DNA of 63,792 bases, the filler included, from Octopus bimaculoides (taxonomy: Eukaryota), in the NCBI RefSeq assembly GCF_001194135.2. It is 5 parts of 4 records of this genome, joined end to end, with 100 filler letters (N's around TTAATTAATTAA, not from the genome) between each part and the next. Parts side by side here need not be neighbours in the genome. Positions count along the whole stretch, not along the records: positions 36,837 to 55,017 come from NC_068981.1; positions 55,118 to 58,573 come from NC_068993.1; positions 58,674 to 63,792 come from NC_068989.1; 2 more parts are not named here. One strand, 5' to 3'. Position 1 is the stretch's first letter. The number at the start of each line of letters is the position of its first letter. The translations under genes and the position numbers were made by a program. The notes below the pieces were generated by a model that was not told the origin of the DNA, made no database searches, and worked only from the letters and a program-made list of their open reading frames with translations. Below are positions 46,986 to 59,298 of this stretch, piece after piece.

Positions 46986-48530
46986 AAAAAAGCAACAAAA
47001 AGAATCCTTGGAGAGTCCTCCTATTACTTAAACTATAAACTCTACCTTGCCATGCTACCTGTGACGAAATATGAATAAACAGTGCCCACTTGTTGACGAC
47101 TAATGTAAACCGTCCCTTCGCTCCGTAGTCTAACAATCTATCTGTGTAGCTTCATTTCTCAAATTGTCGCAATAACTCAGGAGAAAAATCAACTAAACAT
47201 GTTGCCTGCTATAGGTTCAAAAGAGTAATTGACTTCACTAGTGCAAGTTTAATAGTTGCATATTTCCTGGAACATGCAAGATTATAAATATTCTATCAGA
47301 AAATATTGACGCAAAATGTGCTGCAGTTATTTTTTCCAATAGTACTGACGGAGTAATTTCTGTCACAAAAATCTAGCAACCTTGCTGTACCCAAATGTTT
47401 AACTATATCTTCCATTCGTATGTAGTATGGCATACCTGCTGCCCCATAATTAAGCATTCTCTTTAAGGCCAGAAAATGTTTCAATGATAATCAGTTGTCG
47501 ATTCTTTACATCTACTGTTCGACAGGCGTATTCTTTTCTTTATAAATTCTATCTCTACCACAATGACTCTTGCTCCCTTGATTTAGGAAAGATGCATAAC
47601 AGCTTTCACGCTGATCTGATATCTGTGTCTCAGACAAAAATCGCCAGTTTATTCGATCGACGTTACCAATCGATCTTGGCCCTAATTTTGACAATTGAAC
47701 ATGCTGAATGAAACGTTAAATCCAAAGTCAAATTGATTACTTAATCAAGACTAATGTGGCAAATACCGTTTAGCAATGGAAACAGATGCTGACTTCCCAA
47801 CGACAGTAAATCTGATAGAGCAAAAAAGTGTGTTTGACAACACTTTTACTATCAATATTCTTTCGTGAACAAGAACAAGAGCTCGTCCTAAATAAAGAGT
47901 GGAGAAATTAACACCTTCATCAAACTATAACTACAGTCGTCGAATAAGATGCAGTCTTTGTGTGATTTCTTTACCTGATAGAAATAGCAACCATACTTCT
48001 CTCAAATATCATCCTTAACGTCTTTAAGAAATACGAAAAAACACATTAGTCTAAAGTCCTTCTAGATAAACTTATAAAGAAAAGGCGAATGATGATGACT
48101 CGTAAGCTTTGGTCATAGGCCTGCTCAAACAAAATTGACCGTGGGTGAAAGAATAATAACTACCGTCGTTCAACGTCAGTAATTACAGAATTTTACGTTT
48201 AGTTTATAAGTATAAGCATCAACAAAAAAGTAATGTCAGCAGTTTGTATCATTATAATAGTTTATAGTAAAGCTGAGAGAAAATGGGTCAAGGAAAACTG
48301 AGACGGAATTTTTTAAAGAAAAAGCAAACGCTAAGAGAAATGTGATAAGAAAAAGAATGATATTTTGCAATTAAAAATCTTTGTAAAAGTTTCTAAAGGA
48401 TTTGAAACACATAACAACAACACAGACGTTATAACATCCGATATTTATAAAATTGTGTTAAGCTTAAAATATTTACATACATTGAAAGCGAGATGCAAAC
48501 ATATATACGTTTTTGTACATATACGTGTAT

Positions 48531-48622
48531 GTATACATATAAAAATTTATATGTGTGAGCGTGTATACATATAAAAATTTGTATGTGTGAGTGTGTATAC
48601 ATATAAAAATTTATATGTGTGT
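48531..48622. repeat. 32-bp tandem repeat, about 3 copies
   Basis: GTATACATATAAAAATTT(A/G)TATGTGTGAG(C/T)GT. Confidence 0.9.
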
Positions 48623-48684
48623 GGCGTGCGTGTATAAGAGTGTGAGCGGGTAAGTATGTAAGAGTATGTGTAATATATTTTATT

Positions 48685-48900
48685 TCTTTATTGCCCACAG
48701 GGGGCTAAACATAGAGGGGACAAACAAAGACAGACAAAGAGATTAAGTCGATTATATCGACCCCAGTGCGTAACTGGCACTTATTTAATCGACCCCGAAA
48801 GGATGAAAGGCAAAGTCGACCTCGGCGGAATTTGAACTCAGAATGTAATGGCAGACGAAATACCGCTAAGCATTTCGCCCGGCGTGCTAACGTTTCTACC
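48685..48900 (-). mobile_element. Young family D SINE (tail type 2)
   Basis: TTATTGCCCACAGGGGGCTAAAC...ATCGACCCCGAAAGGATGAAAGGCAAAGTCGACCTCGGCGGAATTTGAACTC. Confidence 0.9.
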
Positions 48901-49024
48901 ATTGAATCATATTCGGATACTCATCTAATATTCTTCAGTGATTATGTAACAATGCATTCTAATCATGTCTTGCACGGTCTTAATTTCAACCTTGCTTCAT
49001 TAATTAAGATTTATAATAAATTCT

Positions 49025-49215
49025 AACACAGGCACAATACCACAAATGTTGGGGAAGAATATAATCCATTATATCGACCCCAGTACTTGGGGTCAATTTG
49101 ATCCCATAAAAAAATTAAAGGTATAGGACGATTTGAATGTAGACAGAAAATAACTAAATACTGCAAAGCATTTTAGTTTGATACGCTAATGCTTCTTCTA
49201 CGCACCGCTCTTGTA
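49025..49215 (-). mobile_element. Family D SINE, very degenerate
   Basis: CACAGGCACAATACCAC...ATTATATCGACCCCAGTACTTG...TACTGCAAAGCATTTT. Confidence 0.45.
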
Positions 49216-49304
49216 ATTACTAAATCTGCTCGAATAAAAGGTGACACCTACTACTGACACCACCACCCTCCAATAAACGTGGACTTATTACTAGTTTCTC
49301 TTGA

Positions 49305-49520
49305 AATATTGGTTTCAAATTTTGGCACAAGGCTAGCAATTTTAGAGGAGGGTTAAGTCGGCTACAGCAATCCTAGTGCTCGTCTGGTACTTATTTTATC
49401 AATCCCGAGAGGATTAAAATGCAAAGTCGATCCTGGCGACATTTAGAACATCAGGTTGGAAGAATGCCGCTAAGCATATTTGTCCGACGTGATAACGATT
49501 CTGCCAGCTCGCAGCCTTCT
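49305..49520 (-). mobile_element. Family D SINE, degenerate
   Basis: TTGGTTTCAAATTTTGGCACAAGG...GGTACTTATTTTATCAATCCCGAGAGGAT...CTGCCAGCTCGC. Confidence 0.7.
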
Positions 49521-49854
49521 ATTAAAATATTAACACAATAGGAGTTGTATACCATATAGATTACAAGATGACTTCACTTTTTAGGAATCAATTCCTCACT
49601 TAATATTTTAGTAGAACTAGTAGATAATCCTTAGTCTCAATTACAAACGATTCGGTTTTTCTTTTATTTTTAGGATGATGGCGATAAACATTACTTCTCA
49701 GTAGAGATACTGCTTTTATCATTTATAGAGATTTTCTTGGCGAGCTAGCTTGCTTGTTGCAAAATCAGTGACTGTGTGTCACTTATTTTCTATATATTAC
49801 AAACTGGAATGAACTATTGCTATGTCTAGCAGACGAGTATCCATTACCGAGGAT

Positions 49855-50065
49855 GGCCATAATAAGGTCGAAACAGCTTGGTCTAGTGGTCTCGATACCT
49901 GGAAAAATTCTTATCGGCATTTTGTCCGTCTTTACATTCCGGGTTCAAATTCTGTCGTGGTCTACTTTCCCTTTCATTCTTTCGGAGTCGATAAAGTGAG
50001 TACCAGCTGAGCACTGCGGTCGATGTAATCCACTTACCCTTCCGCCAAAACTGCTGGCCTTGTGG
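49855..50065 (+). mobile_element. Family D SINE, degenerate
   Basis: GGGTTCAAATTCTGTCGTGGTCTACTTTCCCTTTCATTCTTTCGGAGTCGATAAAGTGAGTACCAG. Confidence 0.7.
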
Positions 50066-51011
50066 AACTCATGAATATTTATGTGCAACACAACGTTAAA
50101 GTTTTTCAATACTTAATATATCCCTTAAGAGCAAAACGTATTTTTTAAAAATGAACATTTGTTTTAAATGCAGAATACGTTTCTTTTAACAAGATGCAAA
50201 CGCCTCTATGTTTAACCACCTGGGAGTTATAAAGAACTAAAATATATTACACATACTCTTACATGCATACCCNNNNNNNNNNCAACACACACACACACAC
50301 ACACACAACACACACACACACAACACACACACACACAACACACACACACATCTTTTCAAGTGTGTACTAGTAAAGTATAATCTTGAATATATACATATTT
50401 CTAAGAGTGCAGATGACTGGAGTAATTGAAATAAAATAGAATAAAAATACCCTTCACAGAGAATCAGTGCAAACAGTTTTTAAAATGACATATTTGATAA
50501 ATACACAGAATGACCCTGATTAAATAGCTAATTTTACAAGGCTGTACATTCAAAATACATTTCCGTTAAATTTTCGAATAATAATTATAACACGTAATTT
50601 ACTTAATTATTGTAACTTTACAATTTTATGGTTTTTATAATTTTGCAATTTTATATGTTTATAATTGTACAACATTATGGTATAAGAATTTCTTTAAATA
50701 AATAAATGTGCAAAATGTGTAACTTGGTTTCATTAAATAGAGTATTTTTCTTTGAAGAAATAGTCAATTGATATGCGGAAGGAGCAATTTTGATCGGAAG
50801 ACGAATGTCTAGGTGTTGAATATGATCCTCATTCTGGACGTTAAAATTCTAAATTTGGTGAATGAAAACTTCCCAAAAACGATGGATGAGTCGTATGTCC
50901 GCAGCTATTCAATGGCTTTTTCATGTAACTATAAAATGATAAAAAGAATAAAATTACAAAATTATCAAATTATAAAATTACTAAAAGTACATTATTATAA
51001 ATAGTACATAA

Positions 51012-51221
51012 GGCAGCGAGCTGGCAGAATTGATAGCATGCCAAGCAAAATCCCTAGCGGTATTTCGTTCGTCTCAACGCTCTGAGTTCAGTTCCAACAA
51101 TGGTCGACTTTGCCTTTCATCCTTTCTAGGTCGATATAATAAGTACCAGCCGAGCACTGAGGTCAATGTAATCGACCTACCCTACCCCCAAAATTGCTGG
51201 TTTTATACCAAAATTAGAAAC
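51012..51221 (+). mobile_element. Family D SINE with perfect 19-bp TSD
   Basis: TATTATAAATAGTACATAA at 50993-51011 and 51222-51240. Confidence 0.9.
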
Positions 51222-51668
51222 TATTATAAATAGTACATAAAAGTCTCATGTAAAATATATTGAATATTACTTAATATATGACTTAAAAAACCAGCCGTTT
51301 TATTGGCTACCTTGTGTATATGTGTGATGTGTGTCAATAGGTGTGTGTATTTACATCTGTACGTGTTTTGTGCTTGCTGCCACAATGGCTTCACGTAACT
51401 TGAAATGTCAACTAAGGATCCCTGTGTTAAAATACCTGGGCAGCAGCGGAGAACCACGGTATGGGAGTAAGAACAAGCATTTAACATATACAAAGTTTTG
51501 TGAATATTGTATGTGTAGTACAAGTGCGTATTGTACTCTCATATGTTTTACCCTGAAAAGACGGTCCAACCACATCCTTTATGCCATAGATAGATAGATA
51601 GATAGATAGATAGCATATATATAAGTGTGTGGGCAGATATATGCCTGTGCATATATAAATATATATAT

Positions 51669-53347
51669 GGTGTCCGGTCAATTCATCGACGGCAATTTGT
51701 CGTCATTTAATTTGACCCCTGCCAATTCGGTGTTGGTCAATTCGTCCCCAAATCAATTCGTCATCAGTCAATTCATCGAGATCATAGGAAAAATGGAAGA
51801 ACGAATATCTGAATTAAAAACGTTTATTTTAAGGTTTTCTGTATTACATATTTATTTTTTCTTAAGATTTAAGATCATGTACAATTGCTTTTGGAAAAAT
51901 AATTTTTTTGGCTTGGATCATATTTTTCCATGACATTTTTTATACACAAGTTCATATCTCTGTATTTTTTTCCTTTGGCTTGGTTCTTTCTCCTTGCATA
52001 AACTTCTGCAGTTTGGTACCGGCAAACCTTCCCTCACATTTAATCACATCAATAAGTTTCCAACTATTCAGATGACTAATATTCACTGTGTTTTTCAGCG
52101 CGCTGTGGTAGGCTTCTAAACTATTTGTAGTAGAAGCAATCCCCGTCATACATTGGTCCCAAACATTCCAGATAGGTAATGGAAATGGAGGTTCTAGGCG
52201 TCGCCTACTCTGTCCTCTTCCTCTAGGTGGTCCTATATAATTATTTTCAAAATAGGATACAATTGAATATGGAATATCATCATCATCATCTACAAGCATC
52301 GTCAACCGACAGGAAGGCAAGGGCAACAAAACACCGCATCGTTAGACTAAAACTGTCGTCTTCATGATATCTGCATTTTAGTCCTTCTTGCGCAAAATGC
52401 TTATACACATTTTATCCTAAATGAAACAAGCAGCATGCCAAATTCGACCTAGGAAACGATTCCAGAAATCCGTTGTGGCTGCTTTTTCGAAATCCATAAT
52501 TCTATTATCAGTTCCTTCATTCTGCAGTAATTCCTTTATTTTGGCAAGAAGTCTACTGTATATGTCTTGACTTTTGTCAGAGAGCAATGCAAACAATCGT
52601 GGGGCATTAAAATCATCTAATTAAAATTATCTAATATTAAAATTATCTAATATTAAAATTATCTAATACTAAAATTATCTAATATTCCTATTAAGCTGTG
52701 CAAACAGAAGTATTTGCGACAATGTACAGTTGTTTAAATTCTGAACTTCACTAACGAGGGGCATCACAAGATGAAATAGACTTTACTTTAATATTTGAAA
52801 CTATTATCCTTGTAGTTCCCTCTGCAGCAGTTGAAGCGTGATTATGGATCCCAATCTTCTTAAGCTCTTTATAATTTTCATCTGTATGAAGTTTCGGCTT
52901 GCACACACGATTTTTGCAGGTCCAGTAATCCATCTGCATTCTGCTTATTTCTAATGTATGTATAATTTTCTTGATCGACTACTTTGATTTTTCCTTTCTC
53001 TGAAGTTATGATCTTGCAGGTAATCATGTTGATAGGTAGGCGTATTGAATAAATTTAATTTGATTTGCTTAAAAATATTTGTTCGTAAACTGTTCAGCGC
53101 TGATACGTAAGAGAGAGAAAGAGAGAGAGAGGGGTGTAAAGAAAGGGAAAAAATACCTAAAACTATCCACCGACAATTTTAATTCTAAAATGATTGTTGT
53201 AAACTTTCCCTCGAAATCACATTTAATAGTATTTTGGGACGAATTGGCCAGTGACAATTTGACCTGGGGATGAATTGATCAACGACGAATTTACCAGGGA
53301 CAAATTAACCGACGACGAAATAACCGGGGACGAATTGTCCTAGCACC
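51669..53347 (-). mobile_element. Mutator-like (FLYWCH-MULE, Phantom-like) transposon with complex TIRs, internally deleted
   Basis: Minus frames YWTCKNRVCKPKLHTD...IGIHNH (FLYWCH-like), LFALLSDKSQDIY...MDFEKAA, YFENNYIG...PPFPLPIWNV...TTNSLEAYH; both ends carry CAATTCGTC-type subrepeats, termini GGTG/CACC in (AT)n. Confidence 0.88.
52606..52683. repeat. 16-bp tandem repeat inside the MULE
   Basis: ATTAAAATTATCTAAT x4 plus a partial unit. Confidence 0.9.
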
Positions 53348-53419
53348 ATATATATATAGATATATAGATATATATATCTTTATATATATATATATATATA
53401 TATTAGTACTACTTTCAGT

Positions 53420-53890
53420 CTTTGCGTTGACCTGACCATTCAAGTTATATTTTGATGAGGATGGCTTCAATACCCGATGTGTTGCATTTTGTAAGTACCT
53501 GACTGTTATGAATATGGTCACTGGGTTTTATGTTGGCGACATTACGCAAGCATCGCATATGAAAAGCGTCAAGCTGATTGATGTGCTTTCGGTACAAAGT
53601 CCAAGTTTCAGCACCATAAAACAATGTTGTCAAGACCACCGACTTATATACTCCAACTTCATACAAACATGGAGGCACACTGGCGAAACACTGACTTCTC
53701 AAAATGGAAACATTACCTATCATTGTGGTTTTGCAGCACGAAGCAAAGCAGCACTAGCCGTCCACTCAAGAAAAGAAATGATAATTAATCCACAAGCACT
53801 CAAGTAAACTGAATCTCCAACTTGTCCCATTTGCCGAAAGGTTTGCAAGGCACTAGTAAAACTCAAGAGACACATTCGTGTCCATTGAAC
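53420..53890. mobile_element. RTE LINE 3' fragment with 5' inversion
   Basis: Minus strand 53420-53660: VYKSVVLTTLFYGAETWTLYRKHINQLDAFHMRCLR; plus strand 53700-53887: HCGFAARSKAALAVH and CPICRKVCKALVKLKRHIRVH-stop (C-terminal zinc fingers). Confidence 0.8.
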
Positions 53891-54146
53891 ACGATCAATG
53901 TTTTTCTCTGCTACTTATTTCATCGACGTCAGATTGCGATAGAAATTTCATTCACAAGGGACTAATTAACTTATGGCTATAATAAAAGATATTTGCCTCA
54001 ATACTTTGCAGACGAATCAAAGTCACAACCGTGCCATTGCGATGCAAACGTCTTAAACATATAGCTATAGCTATACTTGTATGAATGTTTAATTCTTGTT
54101 GACGTAACATCTGTTGACAAATGTAATTGTACGTTACATTTTGTTC

Positions 54147-54149
<3 letters not shown>

Positions 54150-54227
<78 letters not shown>

Positions 54228-54242
54228 AGAGAGAGAGAGTAT

Positions 54243-54285
<43 letters not shown>

Positions 54286-54325
54286 CATGCATACATACAT
54301 GCATACATACATGCATATATACATA
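54150..54325. repeat. (TA)(GT)(GA)(TA)(TACA) compound microsatellite
   Basis: Direct reading. Confidence 0.9.
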
Positions 54326-54439
54326 CAGTAAAAATTGTTTCCAATGCCTTACAAATAAGAAATATATGAAATATATTAAATCAATGTAAATAGACATTTC
54401 TAGGTACAGGTCCTATATTAATCTTATTCTTCTTCACAG

Positions 54440-54662
54440 ATCTTTAATTATGGTAATGAAAAGCTCCAAACTTTCTGGACAAGAAGTACTCATAGCTATT
54501 TTATTAGCAGCTACGAAAACAATCGTTGAATTCGAGCGTGAATATATGACTAGAAATGACTCATCTAACAGTTTCGATACAAGTATAGGTTCGAATGCCT
54601 CAGCGCAGGTCACTGATCTCTTTATACATCATTATAAAGGAATGCTCGGAAATAGATGGTGA
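54440..54662 (+). CDS. Candidate exon / short ORF
   Basis: Strong acceptor TTATTCTTCTTCACAG; open frame SLIMVMKSSKLSGQEVLIAILLAATKTIVEFEREYMTRND... in non-repeat DNA; no clear donor. Confidence 0.2.
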
Positions 54663-54955
54663 TATACACAAGGACGATTCTTTTTTTATCTTCTATAACT
54701 GTGGTAACGTAGAATTGAAAAGGAATAAAAAAAGCAAACTTGGAAATTTCTTCAAGGACAAATGAATATTTACAATGTAAGGAAATAATTCTAAGTTAGA
54801 TAATTCTTTAGATGTAATTACGGAATGTAATACGGGCTTCTGTCACCTGTAGAATAAACCAGAATCTGCCAAGCGTTAACAAATAATCCAACCATTTAGG
54901 ATCCACTTAGCCTACAGTTAAAGGTGTTTCATCTAGAATACCCAGACTTTCTGTT

Positions 54956-55017
<62 letters not shown>

Positions 55018-55117
55018 NNNNNNNNNNNNNNNNNNNNNNNNNNNNNNNNNNNNNNNNNNNNTTAATTAATTAANNNNNNNNNNNNNNNNNNNNNNNNNNN
55101 NNNNNNNNNNNNNNNNN

Positions 55118-55458
55118 ATATATGCTGAGACCCCCTTCGGTCATGGCTGACCATGGGATTGCATCTAGAAAGTTACCCTCCGAGGCACAAGTCCGGGCAA
55201 GGTTGCTTATGGAAGACCAGTAGTCGCCCATGCATACCAGCCTCCCCTCTCTGTGCCACCGATGTTATCCAAAGGAATGGCAAAGGGGCCGATACAGCTT
55301 GGCACCTGTGACGTCGCAACTCATTTCTACAGCTGAGTGAACTGGAGTAACGTGAAATAAAGTGTCTTGCTCAAGAACACAACACGCAGCCCGGTCCGGG
55401 ATTCGAACTCACAACCTCACGATCGTATGCTCGATGCTCTAACCACTGAGCCATGCGC
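55118..55458 (-). mobile_element. tRNA-derived SINE (head B + tail Y)
   Basis: Minus head GCATGGCTCAGTGGTTAGAGCATCG...GAGTTCGAATCCC, TTGTGTTCTTGAGCAAGACACT, then a tail unlike that of 1765-2092. Confidence 0.85.
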
Positions 55459-55487
55459 GCGCGAGTGTGTGTGTGTGTGTTTATACA

Positions 55488-55555
<68 letters not shown>

Positions 55556-56599
55556 TTCATGTATATGCGATGGGCTTCTACACAGTTTTCCGCTAACTAA
55601 ATTCATTCTCAAAGCATTGTGTCACCTCGGGACTCTAGCAAAAGACACCCAAGTTGTAGAAATGAATGCGAAAGCACGTGTCTGCAAAGCGAGCTTCTTA
55701 AGCACAAGGTCATGCCTGCGTTAAAGGTTTGATATAATTAATAATTAGTTTTGTTTCATTTCATAAAAAAGTGTCTTATATTATGAACTGTCAAAAAGAT
55801 TCGTCATACGTTTACGACTTGAACACTAAGCGAACATCGTATCTACAGTGGAATCGTGTCAGTTCATCTGCAGTGGAATTGCGTCAGAGACCAATTCTTA
55901 TGCTTACAGTAAATCTAACGATTTTGCAAGTTAGCTGCTTTCATAGTTCACACTTATTTAAAAATACATTGAAAATACAATATAATACCTGTTACGAAAT
56001 ATTTCACCAGATTAAGATTAATTTTATCTAAATTGAATTAACTTTAATTAAATTTAACACAGTAACAATGGAATATTCCTTCGTTGTGTAACTGCCAGCT
56101 GACTAGGTCAGGAAACGCTTGAACAAAGTTTGAAATAGGTGGAAACTAAAGATAATGAACGTTAATTAATTAATTAATCCATTGGTGTCGCTGAAGATTA
56201 TTATCTCCTTCTATAAGAAATGCCTGCTTTTCTATTTAATTTTATTTTATATTTTATTTTTCTTCTTGTATTTTAATTCATTTATTTATTTTCCTTGTTT
56301 ATTGCAAGGTCAGTCATTAAACTAAACCAACGTGGACAAATTTCTTGAACATTTTTTTCTAAATTAACTGTGCCAGTCATTTAGAATATTTAGTTACCTA
56401 TTTTGGAACTTATATCATCACCATCATCATCATCATTATATACCCCATCTTTCATCCATCCCACTCATTCTCTCCTCACACTCCCTCTCTCTTCCCCTTT
56501 TCAATATACATACATATTTATTTATATCTATGCATTTCTACATCTCCCCCCCCTCTCTCTCTCTCTATCTCTCTATCTCTCTACATACATATATATTTT

Positions 56600-56775
56600 T
56601 TAGTCGAAGAAATCGACCTCAGGACTTATTCTTTTAAGCCTAGTATTTATTCTATCGGGCACATTTGCCAAACCGCTAAGTTACGGGGACGTAAACACAT
56701 CAAGAAAGATGGGTTGTCAAGAGGTGGTGAGTGGGGGACAAACATAGACACAATGACACACACAAACATGCATAA
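56600..56775 (-). mobile_element. Family A SINE 3' body
   Basis: AAATCGACCTCAGGACTTATTC...CCGCTAAGTTACGGGGACGTAAACAC. Confidence 0.8.
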
Positions 56776-56779
56776 CATT

Positions 56780-57058
56780 CTCCGTTGTTTTTCCGTCCTT
56801 GTCTTCGTATAAATTCGCTGCTTTCTTCCAAGGAATCTAATGCTCTTAGCTTAGTTTTTCCTTGGGGCTGACCGGATTGGAGCAATCTCGAGTATAACCT
56901 GCCGAAATTGCAAAGATAATCTGCAACTCGACTGAGGAAAGAAAACTCCGAATGACCCGTCCTTGTTTTCTTTGTATCGTCATCTGGATGTTTTGTCCCT
57001 TTTTTGTATCACCTAAATGTTTGGATGCTTTGCGTTCTTGTCCCATTTTGTATTAAAC
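56780..57058 (+). repeat. Probable dispersed repeat carrying GAAA-hairpin-CTC-GA-CTGAGGA
   Basis: Architecture parallels the 42480-42800 repeat; only one copy visible here. Confidence 0.3.
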
Positions 57059-57086
57059 ATATATATATATATATATATGCATTCTT

Positions 57087-57131
<45 letters not shown>

Positions 57132-58018
57132 NNNNNNNNNNNNNNNNNNNNNNNNNNNNNNNNNNNNNNNNNNNNNNNNNNNNNNNNNNNNNNNNNNNNN
57201 NNNNNNNNNNNNNNNNNNNNNNNNNNNNNNNNNNNNNNNNNNNNNNNNNNNNNNNNNNNNNNNNNNNNNNNNNNNNNNNNNNNNNNNNNNNNNNNNNNNN
57301 NNNNNNNNNNNNNNNNNNNNNNNNNNNNNNNNNNNNNNNNNNNNNNNNNNNNNNNNNNNNNNNNNNNNNNNNNNNNNNNNNNNNNNNNNNNNNNNNNNNN
57401 NNNNNNNNNNNNNNNNNNNNNNNNNNNNNNNNNNNNNNNNNNNNNNNNNNNNNNNNNNNNNNNNNNNNNNNNNNNNNNNNNNNNNNNNNNNNNNNNNNNN
57501 NNNNNNNNNNNNNNNNNNNNNNNNNNNNNNNNNNNNNNNNNNNNNNNNNNNNNNNNNNNNNNNNNNNNNNNNNNNNNNNNNNNNNNNNNNNNNNNNNNNN
57601 NNNNNNNNNNNNNNNNNNNNNNNNNNNNNNNNNNNNNNNNNNNNNNNNNNNNNNNNNNNNNNNNNNNNNNNNNNNNNNNNNNNNNNNNNNNNNNNNNNNN
57701 NNNNNNNNNNNNNNNNNNNNNNNNNNNNNNNNNNNNNNNNNNNNNNNNNNNNNNNNNNNNNNNNNNNNNNNNNNNNNNNNNNNNNNNNNNNNNNNNNNNN
57801 NNNNNNNNNNNNNNNNNNNNNNNNNNNNNNNNNNNNNNNNNNNNNNNNNNNNNNNNNNNNNNNNNNNNNNNNNNNNNNNNNNNNNNNNNNNNNNNNNNNN
57901 NNNNNNNNNNNNNNNNNNNNNNNNNNNNNNNNNNNNNNNNNNNNNNNNNNNNNNNNNNNATATATATATATATATATATGCGTGTGTGTGTGTGTATGTA
58001 TGTATGTATGTATGTATG

Positions 58019-58049
<31 letters not shown>

Positions 58050-58499
58050 ATATAAATATACACATATATGTATACACATATGTATATATATACATGTATA
58101 TATAAATACACACACGCGCAGACACACACACACATATATCCCCTGGTTAACGTAGCTCACGTTAAACATATTCTATACAAAAGACGAAACAGTAAAATCA
58201 CACCAAAATCAACAAAGCAAATTGATGTAATATATAAATCTAATTCTTCATCCCCAAAGACGATTGCCTCAAGAATACGGAGGTGCTGCTCGCAGTGTAC
58301 CAGATAGTCCCATTAAAAATAACAATAGCTACGCATTTTCATAACTAAATCGTAATTACTTTAGTTCCACTTATTGTATATAACTCACAGCGCAAAGTCA
58401 ATATATTTTTATCAAAACGAGTCCGACAAAATACATTTTGTTCCGTCAGACCGAAGCAAACTGCATGTTTTCAGACTAATTGCTTTTGATAAAATACAC

Positions 58500-58508
58500 A
58501 TACGTACA

Positions 58509-58573
<65 letters not shown>

Positions 58574-58673
58574 NNNNNNNNNNNNNNNNNNNNNNNNNNN
58601 NNNNNNNNNNNNNNNNNTTAATTAATTAANNNNNNNNNNNNNNNNNNNNNNNNNNNNNNNNNNNNNNNNNNNN

Positions 58674-58734
<61 letters not shown>

Positions 58735-58745
58735 GAGAAAGAGAG
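58500..58745. repeat. (CA)n and (GA)n tracts flanking a marker gap
   Basis: Direct reading. Confidence 0.9.
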
Positions 58746-59024
58746 AGAATGAGGGAGAGAGACAGAGGAAAGGAGGGAATGGAAGTGGGGAGAGAAAAAG
58801 AAAAATAGTAAAATGAGAGAAACATAAAGAACATGTCTTGTCAAATTCGATACTGACATATTTGACAACAAATAAACCAGTATCGAATCAACGACGCCAA
58901 TAAGTGGCACCAAAGCGCTTGTGCCGAAATGTCTCATATCCGTTCTGTTGTTATAAGCATCTGGGTTAAGGTTTTTGGTCTGATGGCAACGTTCTACTTT
59001 CTTCTTAATTACCACGAACCTGAA

Positions 59025-59298
59025 TGAATGAAAGGCAAAGTCGACCTCGACGGAATTTGAACTCAGAGTGTAAAGACAGACGAACATAAGAACAATATTC
59101 TTTTCTACTCTGGGCACAAGGTCTGAAATTTTGGGGGATTAGATCGACTCCAGTACGCAACTGGTACTTAATTTACGACCCCGAAAGGATGAAAGGCAAA
59201 GTCGACCTCGGTGGAATTTGAACTCAGAACGTAACAGCAAACGAAATACTGCTAAGCATTTCGCCGGGCCTGCTAACCATTCTGCTAGCTTGCCGGCG
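59025..59298 (-). mobile_element. Tandem family D SINEs (partial + near full)
   Basis: Two copies of ATGAAAGGCAAAGTCGACCTCG..GGAATTTGAACTCAGA. Confidence 0.85.

Noticed and set aside
47030-47136. LTR-like end (TATAAA, AATAAA, terminal AACA)
   Set aside because: No matching TG start or TSD could be located
55390-55458. tRNA genes (also heads at 1304, 2020, 27010, 60012)
   Set aside because: A/B boxes are present but there is no paired acceptor stem and each runs into a SINE body
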